Position numbers and translations under genes: made by a program
IMG/VR virus record: IMGVR_UViG_2718218308_000001
Source: a virus
Lineage: Duplodnaviria; Heunggongvirae; Uroviricota; Caudoviricetes
Direction: 5' to 3' (one strand)
Length of the DNA: 44,703 bases
Notes under the pieces: model-generated
What the model was told of the DNA's origin: nothing
Database searches by the model: none
Seen by the model: the letters and a program-made list of their open reading frames with translations, nothing else
Part shown: piece after piece, positions 9,815 through 24,281 of the stretch
Position numbering within the stretch: the stretch's first letter is position 1
How the letters are laid out: each line of letters opens with the position of its first letter

Positions 9815-9841
9815 CCAGCCTCCCCAAAGGCTGGTTTTTTT
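9815..9841 (+). terminator. Putative late-operon terminator tR' (target of Q antitermination)
   Basis: Hairpin CCAGCC-TCCCCAAA-GGCTGG followed by TTTTTTT, about 100 bp downstream of the Q-like gene. Confidence 0.5.
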
Positions 9842-9869
9842 CTAATAAGTATCATTTCGGGTGGGGATT

Positions 9870-10394
9870 TTATTGTTTAACCCATAATAGTTCATTGACA
9901 TTGAATCCCAACTTTTGAGCGGTACGCACATAGTCTGCTTTTACATTATCTGGAATAGTTTGGGTCCTTGCCAGAATCCATAGGTATTCTCTGTTCGGAC
10001 CACTGACAAGAGCATACTTATACTCATCATCCAGTTTGATTACATTATAGCCACCATAGAAGGGGCCAAAAAACGAAACTTTCAACGCTGCAGTTTTAGT
10101 ATCTCCAGTAAAGTATGCTTTACCTTCGCTCTCGCTCCATTTGTTTTTCGTTGGATCGTATCCACGGTTAAGTACGCGAATCCCTCCGTCGTTCCGTTTT
10201 TCATAAGTAGCGCTGACCTGTTCCAGACCACGTTCGAACCAGTTCTCGAGGCGAGCTATTTCATACCATTTTCCGAGGTAGCGGTTGGCGTCAAAATTTG
10301 TAATCGGCTGCACACCTTTAGGTTGTGTCGGGGCCTTACATGCTATAAGAGTGAAAGAGAGTGCAATGCCAGTCAACACAGGCCATAACTTCAT
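9870..10394 (-). CDS. Outer-membrane lipocalin, Blc-like lipoprotein (cargo gene)
   Basis: 174-aa ORF with lipoprotein signal and lipobox (LIAC); lipocalin motifs GKWYEIAR and SFFGPFYGGYNVI; strong resemblance to E. coli Blc. Opposite strand to the phage late operon. Confidence 0.85.
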   Translation of the reverse strand: MKLWPVLTGIALSFTLIACKAPTQPKGVQPITNFDANRYLGKWYEIARLENWFERGLEQVSATYEKRNDGGIRVLNRGYDPTKNKWSESEGKAYFTGDTKTAALKVSFFGPFYGGYNVIKLDDEYKYALVSGPNREYLWILARTQTIPDNVKADYVRTAQKLGFNVNELLWVKQ

Positions 10395-10586
10395 AATAAA
10401 TCCTGTACTTTTGATAGTTGAGAGTAAGTATGAAAGATAGATGAGTACGACCGATCACTTAAAGAACTTTCCTACTATATTAGGAATAGTCAATAACAGA
10501 AAAATTGTCAGTGATGAAGCCAGAAAGGCAATTTAGTCCGTGCACTACAAAGTTTATGTGTTAATGAATTAGTCAAGGGGGAGGAA

Positions 10587-11546
10587 ATGATAAAAAAACC
10601 TGTGATTGGGATCAGCGGTTGTTTGGGCGGTTCTGCTGTTCGTTTTGATGGTGGTCACAAAAGAGATGACTTTTTAATGGACAAATTAGTGGAATGGGTA
10701 ACATTCAGACCAGTATGTCCGGAAATGGCTATAGGGCTGCCAGTTCCGCGTCCTGCTCTACGACTTGTGCGCTCGAAGCAAGGAAATATACGGATGTGTT
10801 TCAGCCACGACCAGAATGAGGATGTGACAGAGAGAATGACAGAGTTTAGTCGTTCTTATATGGACAAATTAAAGGATGTATCGGGGTTTGTGGTTTGTGC
10901 TAAATCTCCCAGCTGTGGCATGGAGCGCGTGCGTGTCTATGATGAAAATGGTAATCGAGGTCGTAAAGATGGAGTGGGACTATTTACGAGCACTTTGATG
11001 GAAAAGTTTTCCTGGCTACCGGTTGAAGAGGATGGGCGATTACATGATCCAGTGCTTCGTGAGAATTTTATTGAAAGAGTTTTTGCTTTGCATGAGCTCA
11101 ATCACCTTTACAAGGAGAAATTATCAAGAAGAGAGTTATTAGCTTTTCATAGTCGTTATAAGCTTCAGTTGTTGGCGCATAGCCAGGCAGGCTATAAAGA
11201 TATGGGACCATTTGTGGCTGCAATACACGAGTGGGCGGACCTTGAATCATACTTTGAGGTGTATCGTGATAATCTGATGGCGATTCTCAGAAAACCAGCA
11301 TCACGTAAAAATCACACGAATGTGCTGATGCATATACAGGGGTATTTTAGTAATTACTTAAGTACACGCCAGCGTAAAGAGTTGAGCGAGGTTATACTTA
11401 ACTATCGCTTTGGCACATTGCCTCTTCTTGCGCCGTTGACTCTGCTGAAGCATTATCTGGGTGAGTATCCTAATGATTACTTGCTTACACAGAATTACTT
11501 CGATCCCTATCCGGAAGAACTGGCTCTAAGACTGATGGTGAATTAA
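10587..11546 (+). CDS. YbgA-like protein (DUF523 Cys-rich domain plus DUF1722 domain) (cargo gene)
   Basis: 319-aa ORF; N-terminal conserved cysteines (GISGCLGG, CPEM, SPSCG) typical of DUF523/TudS-like Fe-S proteins; GGAGG ribosome-binding site. Domain assignment from memory. Confidence 0.6.
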   Translation: MIKKPVIGISGCLGGSAVRFDGGHKRDDFLMDKLVEWVTFRPVCPEMAIGLPVPRPALRLVRSKQGNIRMCFSHDQNEDVTERMTEFSRSYMDKLKDVSGFVVCAKSPSCGMERVRVYDENGNRGRKDGVGLFTSTLMEKFSWLPVEEDGRLHDPVLRENFIERVFALHELNHLYKEKLSRRELLAFHSRYKLQLLAHSQAGYKDMGPFVAAIHEWADLESYFEVYRDNLMAILRKPASRKNHTNVLMHIQGYFSNYLSTRQRKELSEVILNYRFGTLPLLAPLTLLKHYLGEYPNDYLLTQNYFDPYPEELALRLMVN

Positions 11547-11943
11547 CTGTATGCGATATCATCTGAAAGTGATGAGTTCCTGTATGCAGGATATTTACAA
11601 TCGTAAAAACTACGCTATGATGCTCATAGTGTCAGTTTTTATAAAAATCCTGTTCACGCTAAAGAAAACATTGAGATGCAATTTAATGTTGGTAAACATA
11701 CCAGCCCCAAAAGATTTTATTCAATCTGTTTTTATATGAAGATATTTCAAGTGAATATAAAGAGCATATAATATTATTATTGCACGCAGCTATTATAATA
11801 TAACAGATTAGTTTAATGATTTGTTTTTTGTGAGTTAAACACATGGTTTTATAGTTGTGATGCAATGAGATTTTCCTTATTGTTGAACTGGCGAATATTG
11901 ATTTTCCACCTATACTTACCTAGTGTAACCCCAATGATATCAG

Positions 11944-12666
11944 GTGGATAATATGTCATACATATGTTCTATCATTTTGGTGTTGAACTCGTTTGGTGTC
12001 CGAATTGGTAAAGAAGATATTTTGTTTAAAAAAGGAAATGCTGTCCTCATTGAATACAATTTAAAAGATCTTTTTTCGTCAAATACAGATCATCTAATGA
12101 TCGTAGATGTTGAGGAGAAAACAGTTAATGATTTCTTTAAAAACTACACACTCTCACCTTTTTCTGTAAGAAGGTTTTATCCGTCATACTTGATAGTAGA
12201 ATGTGAAGATTTTTCATTGTTAAAGAACTTGGTTGCATGCTTGAATTGTGATAGCAAAACCGTGGATGTAGTTAGAAATCAAATATCACTTGCATGTCTT
12301 GCTGTCTTATCTTCAGAGAAAATAGTGCAAAGTTTTTTGTTCGGAAGTCTTAATAGCTTAGGTTGTAAAGTTAAGGCTATTATTCACTCGGATATCTCAG
12401 CGTCATGGAGACTTTGTGATATATCTTCAAGATTATATATGAGCGAGAGTTTGTTAAAAAGAAAATTAAAAGACGAAGGATTATCGTTTAGTAAATTAAT
12501 TCTTGAAGAACGAATGATGATGGCGCAAAGATTATTGATCTACAGTAACCATACTGTCGGCAAGGTGGCGGGAATATGCGGGTATGACAATGCATCATAT
12601 TTTGTAAGTGTTTTTAGAAGATATTTTGGTGTGCCTCCGCACCAATATTTATCAAGATTTTCTTAG
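11944..12666 (+). CDS. AraC-family transcriptional regulator, AppY/EnvY-like (cargo gene)
   Basis: 240-aa ORF in very AT-rich DNA; C-terminal AraC-type helix-turn-helix (GYDNASYFVSVFRRYFGVPPHQY) resembling the prophage-borne regulator AppY. Confidence 0.75.
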   Translation: MDNMSYICSIILVLNSFGVRIGKEDILFKKGNAVLIEYNLKDLFSSNTDHLMIVDVEEKTVNDFFKNYTLSPFSVRRFYPSYLIVECEDFSLLKNLVACLNCDSKTVDVVRNQISLACLAVLSSEKIVQSFLFGSLNSLGCKVKAIIHSDISASWRLCDISSRLYMSESLLKRKLKDEGLSFSKLILEERMMMAQRLLIYSNHTVGKVAGICGYDNASYFVSVFRRYFGVPPHQYLSRFS

Positions 12667-12856
12667 AAGATATGATGTGATGGCATTTTATAAAGTTATT
12701 TTTTGAAGTGTAAGATTATACGATATTTTTAGCTACGCCAGAATAATTGCTGGCGTTTTTCTTTTTGAATAGATGTTCGGGCCTTACGCTAATGTAACTT
12801 CTTTCCTTCTTCGAACCAAACCGTGTACACCATCCGTTATCTGCGGAGGTGAGGCT

Positions 12857-13072
12857 ATGAAATCCATGGATAAGTTAACAACGGGCATCGCCTACAGCAC
12901 CTCTGCAGGCAGTGCTGGCTACTGGTTTTTACAGTTGCTCGATAAAGTCACGCCCTCACAGTGGGCGGCAATAGGTGTATTGGGTAGTCTGGTATTTGGC
13001 ATGCTGACGTATCTGACAAATCTTTATTTCAAGATTAAAGAAGACAGGCGTAAGGCTGCGAGAGGAGAGTAA
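12857..13072 (+). CDS. essQ: Holin, class II (phage 21 S-like)
   Basis: 71-aa product [71 protein letters not shown] with two transmembrane segments and a charged C-terminus; GGAGGTGAGG ribosome-binding site. Confidence 0.8.
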   Translation: MKSMDKLTTGIAYSTSAGSAGYWFLQLLDKVTPSQWAAIGVLGSLVFGMLTYLTNLYFKIKEDRRKAARGE

Positions 13073-13076
13073 TCCA

Positions 13077-13271
13077 ATGACTCAAGACTATGAACTGGTT
13101 GTGAAAGGAGTCCGTAATTTTGAGAATAAAGTTACGGTAACTGTAGCCTTACAGGACAAAGAACGCTTTGACGGTGAAATTTTTGACCTGGATGTCGCCA
13201 TGGACCGTGTTGAAGGAGCTGCGCTGGAGTTTTATGAGGCAGCAGCCAGAAGGAGCGTCCGGCAAGTCTGA
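13077..13271 (+). pseudogene. ydfR: ydfR-like lysis-cassette gene interrupted by IS3
   Basis: 64-aa ORF whose stop codon TGA is formed by the first bases of IS3; the same frame resumes after the IS for a further 38 codons (14527..14643), restoring an ORF of about 102 aa. Confidence 0.7.
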
Positions 13272-13333
13272 TCTTACCCAGCAATAGTGGACACGCGGCT
13301 AAGTGAGTAAACTCTCAGTCAGAGGTGACTCAC

Positions 13334-13633
13334 ATGACAAAAACAGTATCAACCAGTAAAAAACCCCGTAAACAGCATTCGCCTGAATTTCGCAGTGAAG
13401 CCCTGAAGCTTGCTGAACGCATCGGTGTTACTGCCGCAGCCCGTGAACTCAGCCTGTATGAATCACAACTCTACAACTGGCGCAGTAAACAGCAAAATCA
13501 GCAGACGTCTTCTGAACGTGAACTGGAGATGTCTACCGAGATTGCACGTCTCAAACGCCAGCTGGCAGAACGGGATGAAGAGCTGGCTATCCTCCAAAAG
13601 GCCGCGACATACTTCGCGAAGCGCCTGAAATGA
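13334..13633 (+). CDS. insE: IS3 transposase OrfA (InsE), copy 2
   Basis: Same protein as copy 1. Confidence 0.9.
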
Positions 13634-14496
13634 AGTATGTCTTTATTGAAAAACATCAGGCTGAGTTCAGCATCAAAGCAATGTGCCGCGTGCTCCGGGT
13701 GGCCCGCAGCGGCTGGTATACGTGGTGTCAGCGGCGGACAAGGATAAGCACGCGTCAGCAGTTCCGCCAACACTGCGACAGCGTTGTCCTCGCGGCTTTT
13801 ACCCGGTCAAAACAGCGTTACGGTGCCCCACGCCTGACGGATGAACTGCGTGCTCAGGGTTACCCCTTTAACGTAAAAACCGTGGCGGCAAGCCTGCGCC
13901 GTCAGGGACTGAGGGCAAAGGCCTCCCGGAAGTTCAGCCCGGTCAGCTACCGCGCACACGGCCTGCCTGTGTCAGAAAATCTGTTGGAGCAGGATTTTTA
14001 CGCCAGTGGCCCGAACCAGAAGTGGGCAGGAGACATCACGTACTTACGTACAGATGAAGGCTGGCTGTATCTGGCAGTGGTCATTGACCTGTGGTCACGT
14101 GCCGTTATTGGCTGGTCAATGTCGCCACGCATGACGGCGCAACTGGCCTGCGATGCCCTGCAGATGGCGCTGTGGCGGCGTAAGAGGCCCCGGAACGTTA
14201 TCGTTCACACGGACCGTGGAGGCCAGTACTGTTCAGCAGATTATCAGGCGCAACTGAAGCGGCATAATCTGCGTGGAAGTATGAGCGCAAAAGGTTGCTG
14301 CTACGATAATGCCTGCGTGGAAAGCTTCTTTCATTCGCTGAAAGTGGAATGTATCCATGGAGAACACTTTATCAGCCGGGAAATAATGCGGGCAACGGTG
14401 TTTAATTATATCGAATGTGATTACAATCGGTGGCGGCGGCACAGTTGGTGTGGCGGCCTCAGTCCGGAACAATTTGAAAACAAGAACCTCGCTTAG
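13630..14496 (+). CDS. insF: IS3 transposase OrfB (InsF), copy 2
   Basis: Same protein as copy 1. Confidence 0.9.
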
Positions 14497-14645
14497 GCCT
14501 GTGTCCATATTACGTGGGTAGGATCAGTCTTCCTGGAAGTAGCAGAAAAATTGTCAGAAAAAGTTGAGTCTTATCTGCAGCATCAGTACTCCTTTAAGAT
14601 TGAAAATCCTGCCAATAAGCACGAGCGTCCTCATCATAAATATAT

Positions 14646-15673
<1,028 letters not shown>

Positions 15674-16036
15674 GGTAATATTAAATCGGAACATTTACAT
15701 CGCGGAATGTAAAATTTAAATAAAAAGGACTCTTCCATGAGCCAAAATTCCTGAAATCTTAAGGGTAAGATAAAAGGTCTTAATCAGAATGACACGTTAT
15801 TATTAATAAATAAAGCTATTCTTTCATTGCTGTGTTTTTCTTTACAAAAGTAATCCTTGCTATGGGTGGTTAATCATGCGTTAATGGTGTTCTGGTTTGT
15901 TACAAATTTATCTGAAGCAGTCATTGTTATAATTTTATTATTTGTACCTCTTGAGATTTCCTTGTTGGTTTTTCTCTCTGATATTTTTTTTCGGACCATT
16001 CTGCCCAAGGGCTAATTTCTTCAAAAGGTAATAATT

Positions 16037-16249
16037 ATGTCTAACAAAATGACTGGTTTAGTGAAATGGTTTAACCCTGAAAAAGGTTTTGGTTTCATCA
16101 CGCCGAAAGATGGCAGCAAAGATGTGTTTGTCCATTTCTCAGCAATTCAGAGCAACGATTTCAAAACATTAACTGAGAATCAGGAAGTTGAATTTGGTAT
16201 TGAGAACGGACCTAAAGGTCCTGCCGCTGTTCATGTAGTGGCGCTTTGA
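16037..16249 (+). CDS. cspI: Cold-shock protein, CspA family
   Basis: 70-aa product with RNA-binding motifs [12 protein letters not shown] and VFVHFSAI; preceded by a long AT-rich leader typical of csp genes. Confidence 0.9.
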   Translation: MSNKMTGLVKWFNPEKGFGFITPKDGSKDVFVHFSAIQSNDFKTLTENQEVEFGIENGPKGPAAVHVVAL

Positions 16250-16456
16250 GGTAGACAATATTACAAACCATATTCACTTTAGATGCCCGTGTTGTCATGG
16301 TTCCCAGTATAGAACATCATCTTTTGATGTTTCTGACATGAATCCTTTCGGGGCAAAATGTATCTTTTGTAAATCAATGATGATTACATTTGATAATATT
16401 TCACAATACTTAAATGCCAGCCGTCTGTCGTTGGATTTAAAAAAGTGAAAATGAAG

Positions 16457-16476
16457 GCTCCTTCGGGAGCTTTTTT
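16457..16476 (+). terminator. Rho-independent terminator
   Basis: Hairpin GCTCC-TTCG-GGAGC followed by TTTTTT. Confidence 0.55.
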
Positions 16477-16478
16477 GC

Positions 16479-16751
16479 TTGGTATCTATTCGATGGATAC
16501 TCACATACTACGGTAACATCATGAAAAAAATCATAGTTTTTTTTAACTCTGAACCTGCAGTGGTAGTGCCAGCGATGACTGGAGTTAACACCATCATGCG
16601 TGAATATCCAAATGGTGAAAAAACACACCTTACTGTAATGGCCGCAGGGTTTCCATCTCTGACCGGAGATCATAAAGTCATTTATGTAGCCGCGGATCGA
16701 CATGTTACTTCAGAAGAAATTCTGGAAGCAGCAATAAGGCTCTTGAGTTGA
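16479..16751 (+). CDS. Hypothetical small protein (possibly ynfN-like)
   Basis: ORF with TTG start at 16479 or ATG at 16521 (MKKIIVFF...); position matches ynfN in the Qin layout; no motif recognised. Confidence 0.35.
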   Translation: MVSIRWILTYYGNIMKKIIVFFNSEPAVVVPAMTGVNTIMREYPNGEKTHLTVMAAGFPSLTGDHKVIYVAADRHVTSEEILEAAIRLLS

Positions 16752-16919
16752 TTTGATGCTATTGTATTGATAATTCAGGAAAATTTTCTTTGTCTGTTTG
16801 TGTAAAATTTAGACTATCGTATGTTGATTATTGCGATGTTTCATCTTATCTTTTACACGTTTGCACCATATAATCGACTTACTGTGTAACTGGAAAGTCA
16901 TAACAGACTAAAAGAGGAA

Positions 16920-17096
16920 ATGATGAATATTGAAAACTTAAAAACAAAAGCAGAAGCAGATATTTCTGAATATATAACAAAAAAAATTATTGAACTTAAG
17001 AAAAAGACCGGGAAAGAAGTTACCAGTATTCAGTTTACCGCACGGGAAAAAATGACGGGTCTTGAAAGCTATGATGTCAAGATTAATTTAATCTGA
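16920..17096 (+). CDS. gnsB: GnsA/GnsB-family small protein
   Basis: 58-aa ORF found by manual translation (below the track size cut-off): MMNIENLKTKAEADISEYITKKIIELKKKTGKEVTSIQFTAREKMTGLESYDVKINLI, close to GnsB as I recall it; AAGAGGAAA ribosome-binding site. Confidence 0.7.
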   Translation: MMNIENLKTKAEADISEYITKKIIELKKKTGKEVTSIQFTAREKMTGLESYDVKINLI

Positions 17097-17247
17097 TGTA
17101 TTCAATAATAAAATTTATCCATAAACCTCGTTTTTACGGGGTTTTGTTATATTTGAATGGTTCCGAATATCTAAATCACAATTGTTGATGGTTTTTATTA
17201 AACCAATGCAGTCCGGCTCAGGAGTGAGAGAAGCCGGACGTTATGGT

Positions 17248-17673
17248 TTAGCGTGGTAAGATCTGTGTAGTTTTCTGGATGCTTTCAGTAAATAGTAATG
17301 AATTATCAAAGGTATAGTAATATCTTTTTTGTTCGTGGATATTTGTAACCCACCGAAAAACTCCTGCTTTAGCAAGGTTTCTTCTGTATTCCTGAAATGT
17401 GATCTCTCTGGATTTCAGCTTATTAGAGGTCGTTTCTATAAGATGCCTATCCTTTGAAAATTTGACAGACACAATGTTTTTTAGGCCCTTTAATAACACT
17501 GTATTATCATTTTTTAATACAATATGAACATTCTCTGTGGCTAAATAGTAAATGTAATGTGAGACATTGTGACGTTTTAGCTCAGAATAAAACCATTGAT
17601 AGTTTAAATCGTTTCGAACTTTATCAAATATTTGTTTAAAAATGACTACCTGATCCATAGATAAACCTTCCAT
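17248..17673 (-). CDS. ydfO: DUF1398-family prophage protein (YdfO-like)
   Basis: 141-aa ORF on the minus strand in the Qin-like position between gnsB and ynfO. Called by synteny and size. Confidence 0.5.
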
Positions 17674-17715
17674 GTGATATGAGGGGGCGTAGTCTGCACG
17701 ATTATCTAAATTGCT

Positions 17716-17949
17716 TCAATCTGGTCTGACCTGATTTCTGAGCAATTCAGTAATGTCACTCTTTTCTTTGTTTGCTTCAGAAGAAACTCTTTTTTCTGAG
17801 CACAGTCTCCGGCGGCAGGCTTCAATGACCCAGGCTGAGAAATTCCCGGACCCTTTTTGCTCAAGAGCGATGTTAATTTGTTCAATCATTTGGTTAGGAA
17901 AGCGGATGTTGCGGGTTGTTGTTCTGCGGGTTCTGTTCTTCGTTGACAT
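17716..17949 (-). CDS. ynfO: Small putative DNA-binding protein (YnfO-like)
   Basis: 77-aa ORF with basic N-terminus, same size as Qin YnfO. Called by synteny. Confidence 0.5.
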   Translation of the reverse strand: MSTKNRTRRTTTRNIRFPNQMIEQINIALEQKGSGNFSAWVIEACRRRLCSEKRVSSEANKEKSDITELLRNQVRPD

Positions 17950-18148
17950 GAGGTTGTCCCGTATTCAGTGTCGCTGATTTGTATTGTCTGAAGTTGTTTT
18001 TACGTTAAGTTGATGCAGATCAATTAATACGATATCTGCGTCATAATTGATTATTTGACGTGGTTTGATGGCGTAGATGCACGTTGTGACATGCAGATGA
18101 TAATTATTATCATTTTGCGGGTCCTTTCCGGCGATCCGACAGGTTACG

Positions 18149-18337
18149 GGGCGGCGACCTCGCGGGTTTTCGCTATTTATGAAAATTTTCCGGTTTAAGG
18201 CATTTCCGTTCTTCTTCATCGTAACTTAATGTTTTTATTTAAAATACCCCCTGAAAAGAAAGGAAACGACAGGTGCTGAAAACGAGCTTTTGGGCCTCTG
18301 TCGTTTCCTTTCTCTGTTTTTGGCCGTGGAATGAACA
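18149..18337 (+). other. cos: Lambda-type cos site: cosN cohesive-end sequence GGGCGGCGACCT followed by the cosB terminase-binding region
   Basis: GGGCGGCGACCTCGCGGGTTTTCGCTATTTATGAAAATTTTCCGG... at 18149 onward closely matches the lambda cos region as I recall it, and lies directly upstream of Nu1. Confidence 0.8.
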
Positions 18338-18857
18338 ATGGAAGTCAACAAAAAGCAGCTGGCTGACATTTTCGGTGCGAGTATCCGTACCATTCAGAAC
18401 TGGCAGGAACAGGGAATGCCCGTTCTGCGAGGCGGTGGCAAGGGTAATGAGGTGCTTTATGACTCTGCCGCCGTTATAAGATGGTATGCCGAAAGGGATG
18501 CTGAAATTGAGAACGAAAAGCTGCGCCGGGAAGTTGAAGAACTGCGGCAGGCCAGCGAGACAGATCTCCAGCCAGGGACTATTGAGTACGAACGCCATCG
18601 ACTTACGCGTGCGCAGGCCGACGCACAGGAGCTGAAAAATGCCAGAGACTCCGCTGAAGTGGTGGAAACCGCATTCTGTACTTTCGTGCTGTCGCGGATC
18701 GCAGGTGAAATTGCCAGTATTCTCGACGGGATCCCCCTGTCGGTGCAGCGGCGTTTTCCGGAACTGGAAAACCGACATGTTGATTTCCTGAAACGGGATA
18801 TCATCAAAGCCATGAACAAAGCAGCCGCGCTGGATGAACTGATACCGGGGTTGCTGA

Positions 18858-18883
<26 letters not shown>
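18338..18883 (+). CDS. nu1: Terminase small subunit (lambda Nu1 homolog)
   Basis: 181-aa product MEVNKKQLADIFGASIRTIQNWQEQGMP... with winged helix-turn-helix; near identical to lambda gpNu1 from memory. Confidence 0.9.
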
Positions 18884-22564
<3,681 letters not shown>

Positions 22565-22584
<20 letters not shown>

Positions 22585-23884
22585 TCTCCCGCATATTGCC
22601 AGTATGGCCTTTAATGAGCCGCTGATGCTTGAACCCGCCTATGCGCGGGTTTTCTTTTGTGCGCTTGCAGGCCAGCTTGGGATCAGCCGCCTGACGGATG
22701 CGGTGTCCGGCGACAGCCTGACTGCCGGAGAGGCACCCGCGGCGCTGGCGTTATCCGTTGATGATGACGGACCACGACAGGCCCGCAGTTATCAGGTCAT
22801 GAACGGCATCGCCGTGCTGCCGGTGTCCGGCACGCTGGTCAGCCGGACGCGGGCGCTGCAGCCGTATTCGGGGATGACCGGTTACAACGGCATTATCGCC
22901 CGTCTGCAACAGGCTGCCAGCGATCCGATGGTGGACGGCATTCTGCTGGATATGGACACACCGGGCGGGATGGTGGCGGGAGCATTTGACTGTGCTGACA
23001 TCATCGCCCGTGTGCGAGACATAAAACCGGTATGGGCGCTGGCCAACGACATGAACTGCAGTGCAGGTCAGCTGCTTGCCAGCGCCGCCTCCCGGCGTCT
23101 GGTCACGCAGACCGCCCGGACAGGCTCCATCGGCGTCATGATGGCTCACAGTAATTACGGTGCTGCGCTGGAGAAACAGGGCGTGGAAATCACGCTGATT
23201 TACAGCGGCAGCCATAAGGTGGATGGCAACCCCTACAGCCATCTACCGGATGATGTCCGGGAAACATTGCAGTCCCGGATGGATGCAACCCGCCGGATGT
23301 TTGCACAGAAGGTGTCGGCATATACCGGCCTGTCCGTGCAGGCTGTGCTGGATACCGAGGCTGCAGTGTACAGCGGTCAGGAGGCCATTGATGCCGGACT
23401 GGCTGATGAACTTGTCAACAGCACCGATGCGATCACCGTTATGCGTGATGCACTGGATGCACGTAAATCCCGTCTCTCAGGAGGGCGAATGACCAAAGAG
23501 ACTCAATCAACAACTGTTTCAGCCACTGCTTCGCAGGCTGACGTTACTGGCGTGGTGCAAGCGACGGAGGGCGAGAACGCCAGCGCTGCGCAGCCGGACG
23601 TGAACGCGCAGATCACCGCAGCGGTTGCGGCAGAAAACAGTCGCATTATGGGGATCCTCAACTGTGAGGAGGCTCACGGACGCGAAGAACAGGCATGCGT
23701 GCTGGCCGAAACCCCCGGTATGACCGTGGAAACGGCCCGCCGTATTCTGGCCGCAGCACCACAGAGTGCACAGGCGCGCAGTGACACTGCGCTGGATCGT
23801 CTGATGCAGGGGGCACCGGCACCGCTGGCTGCAGGTAACCCGGCATCTGATGCCGTTAACGATTTGCTGAACACACCAGTGTAA
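22565..23884 (+). CDS. C: Head maturation protease C (S49 family) with nested in-frame scaffold Nu3
   Basis: GTG start at 22565 gives VTAELRNLPHIASMAFNEPLML..., matching lambda gpC; the C-terminal portion corresponds to Nu3 in the same frame. Confidence 0.9.
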
Positions 23885-23893
23885 GGGATGTTT

Positions 23894-24226
23894 ATGACGA
23901 GCAAAGAAACCTTTACCCATTACCAGCCGCTGGGCAACAGTGACCCGGCTCATACCGCAACCGCGCCCGGCGGGTTGAGTGCGAAAGCGCCTGCAATGAC
24001 CCCGCTGATGCTGGACACCTCCACCCGTAAGCTGGTTGCGTGGGATGGCACCACCGACGGTGCTGCCGTTGGCATTCTTGCAGTTGCTGCTGACCAGACC
24101 AGCACCACACTGACGTTCTACAAGTCCGGCACGTTCCGTTATGAGGATGTGCTCTGGCCGGAGGCTGCCAGCGACGAGACGAAAAAACGGACCGCGTTTG
24201 CCGGAACGGCAATCAGCATCGTTTAA
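23894..24226 (+). CDS. D: Head decoration protein D
   Basis: 110-aa product [27 protein letters not shown]... matches lambda gpD. Confidence 0.9.
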   Translation: MTSKETFTHYQPLGNSDPAHTATAPGGLSAKAPAMTPLMLDTSTRKLVAWDGTTDGAAVGILAVAADQTSTTLTFYKSGTFRYEDVLWPEAASDETKKRTAFAGTAISIV

Positions 24227-24281
24227 CCTGACCCTTCATCACTAAAGGCCGCCTGTGCGGCTTTTTTTACGGGATTTTTTT

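Larger units (their letters stand above)
13269..14526 (+). mobile_element. IS3: IS3 insertion sequence, complete copy 2, with 3-bp target-site duplication GTC
   Basis: Same sequence as copy 1; flanked by GTC at 13266..13268 and 14527..14529; same orientation as copy 1. Confidence 0.9.

Noticed and set aside
17965-18219. 84-aa minus-strand ORF overlapping the cos region
   Set aside because: Overlaps the conserved cosN/cosB packaging site, whose sequence conservation is explained by terminase binding; no ribosome-binding site.
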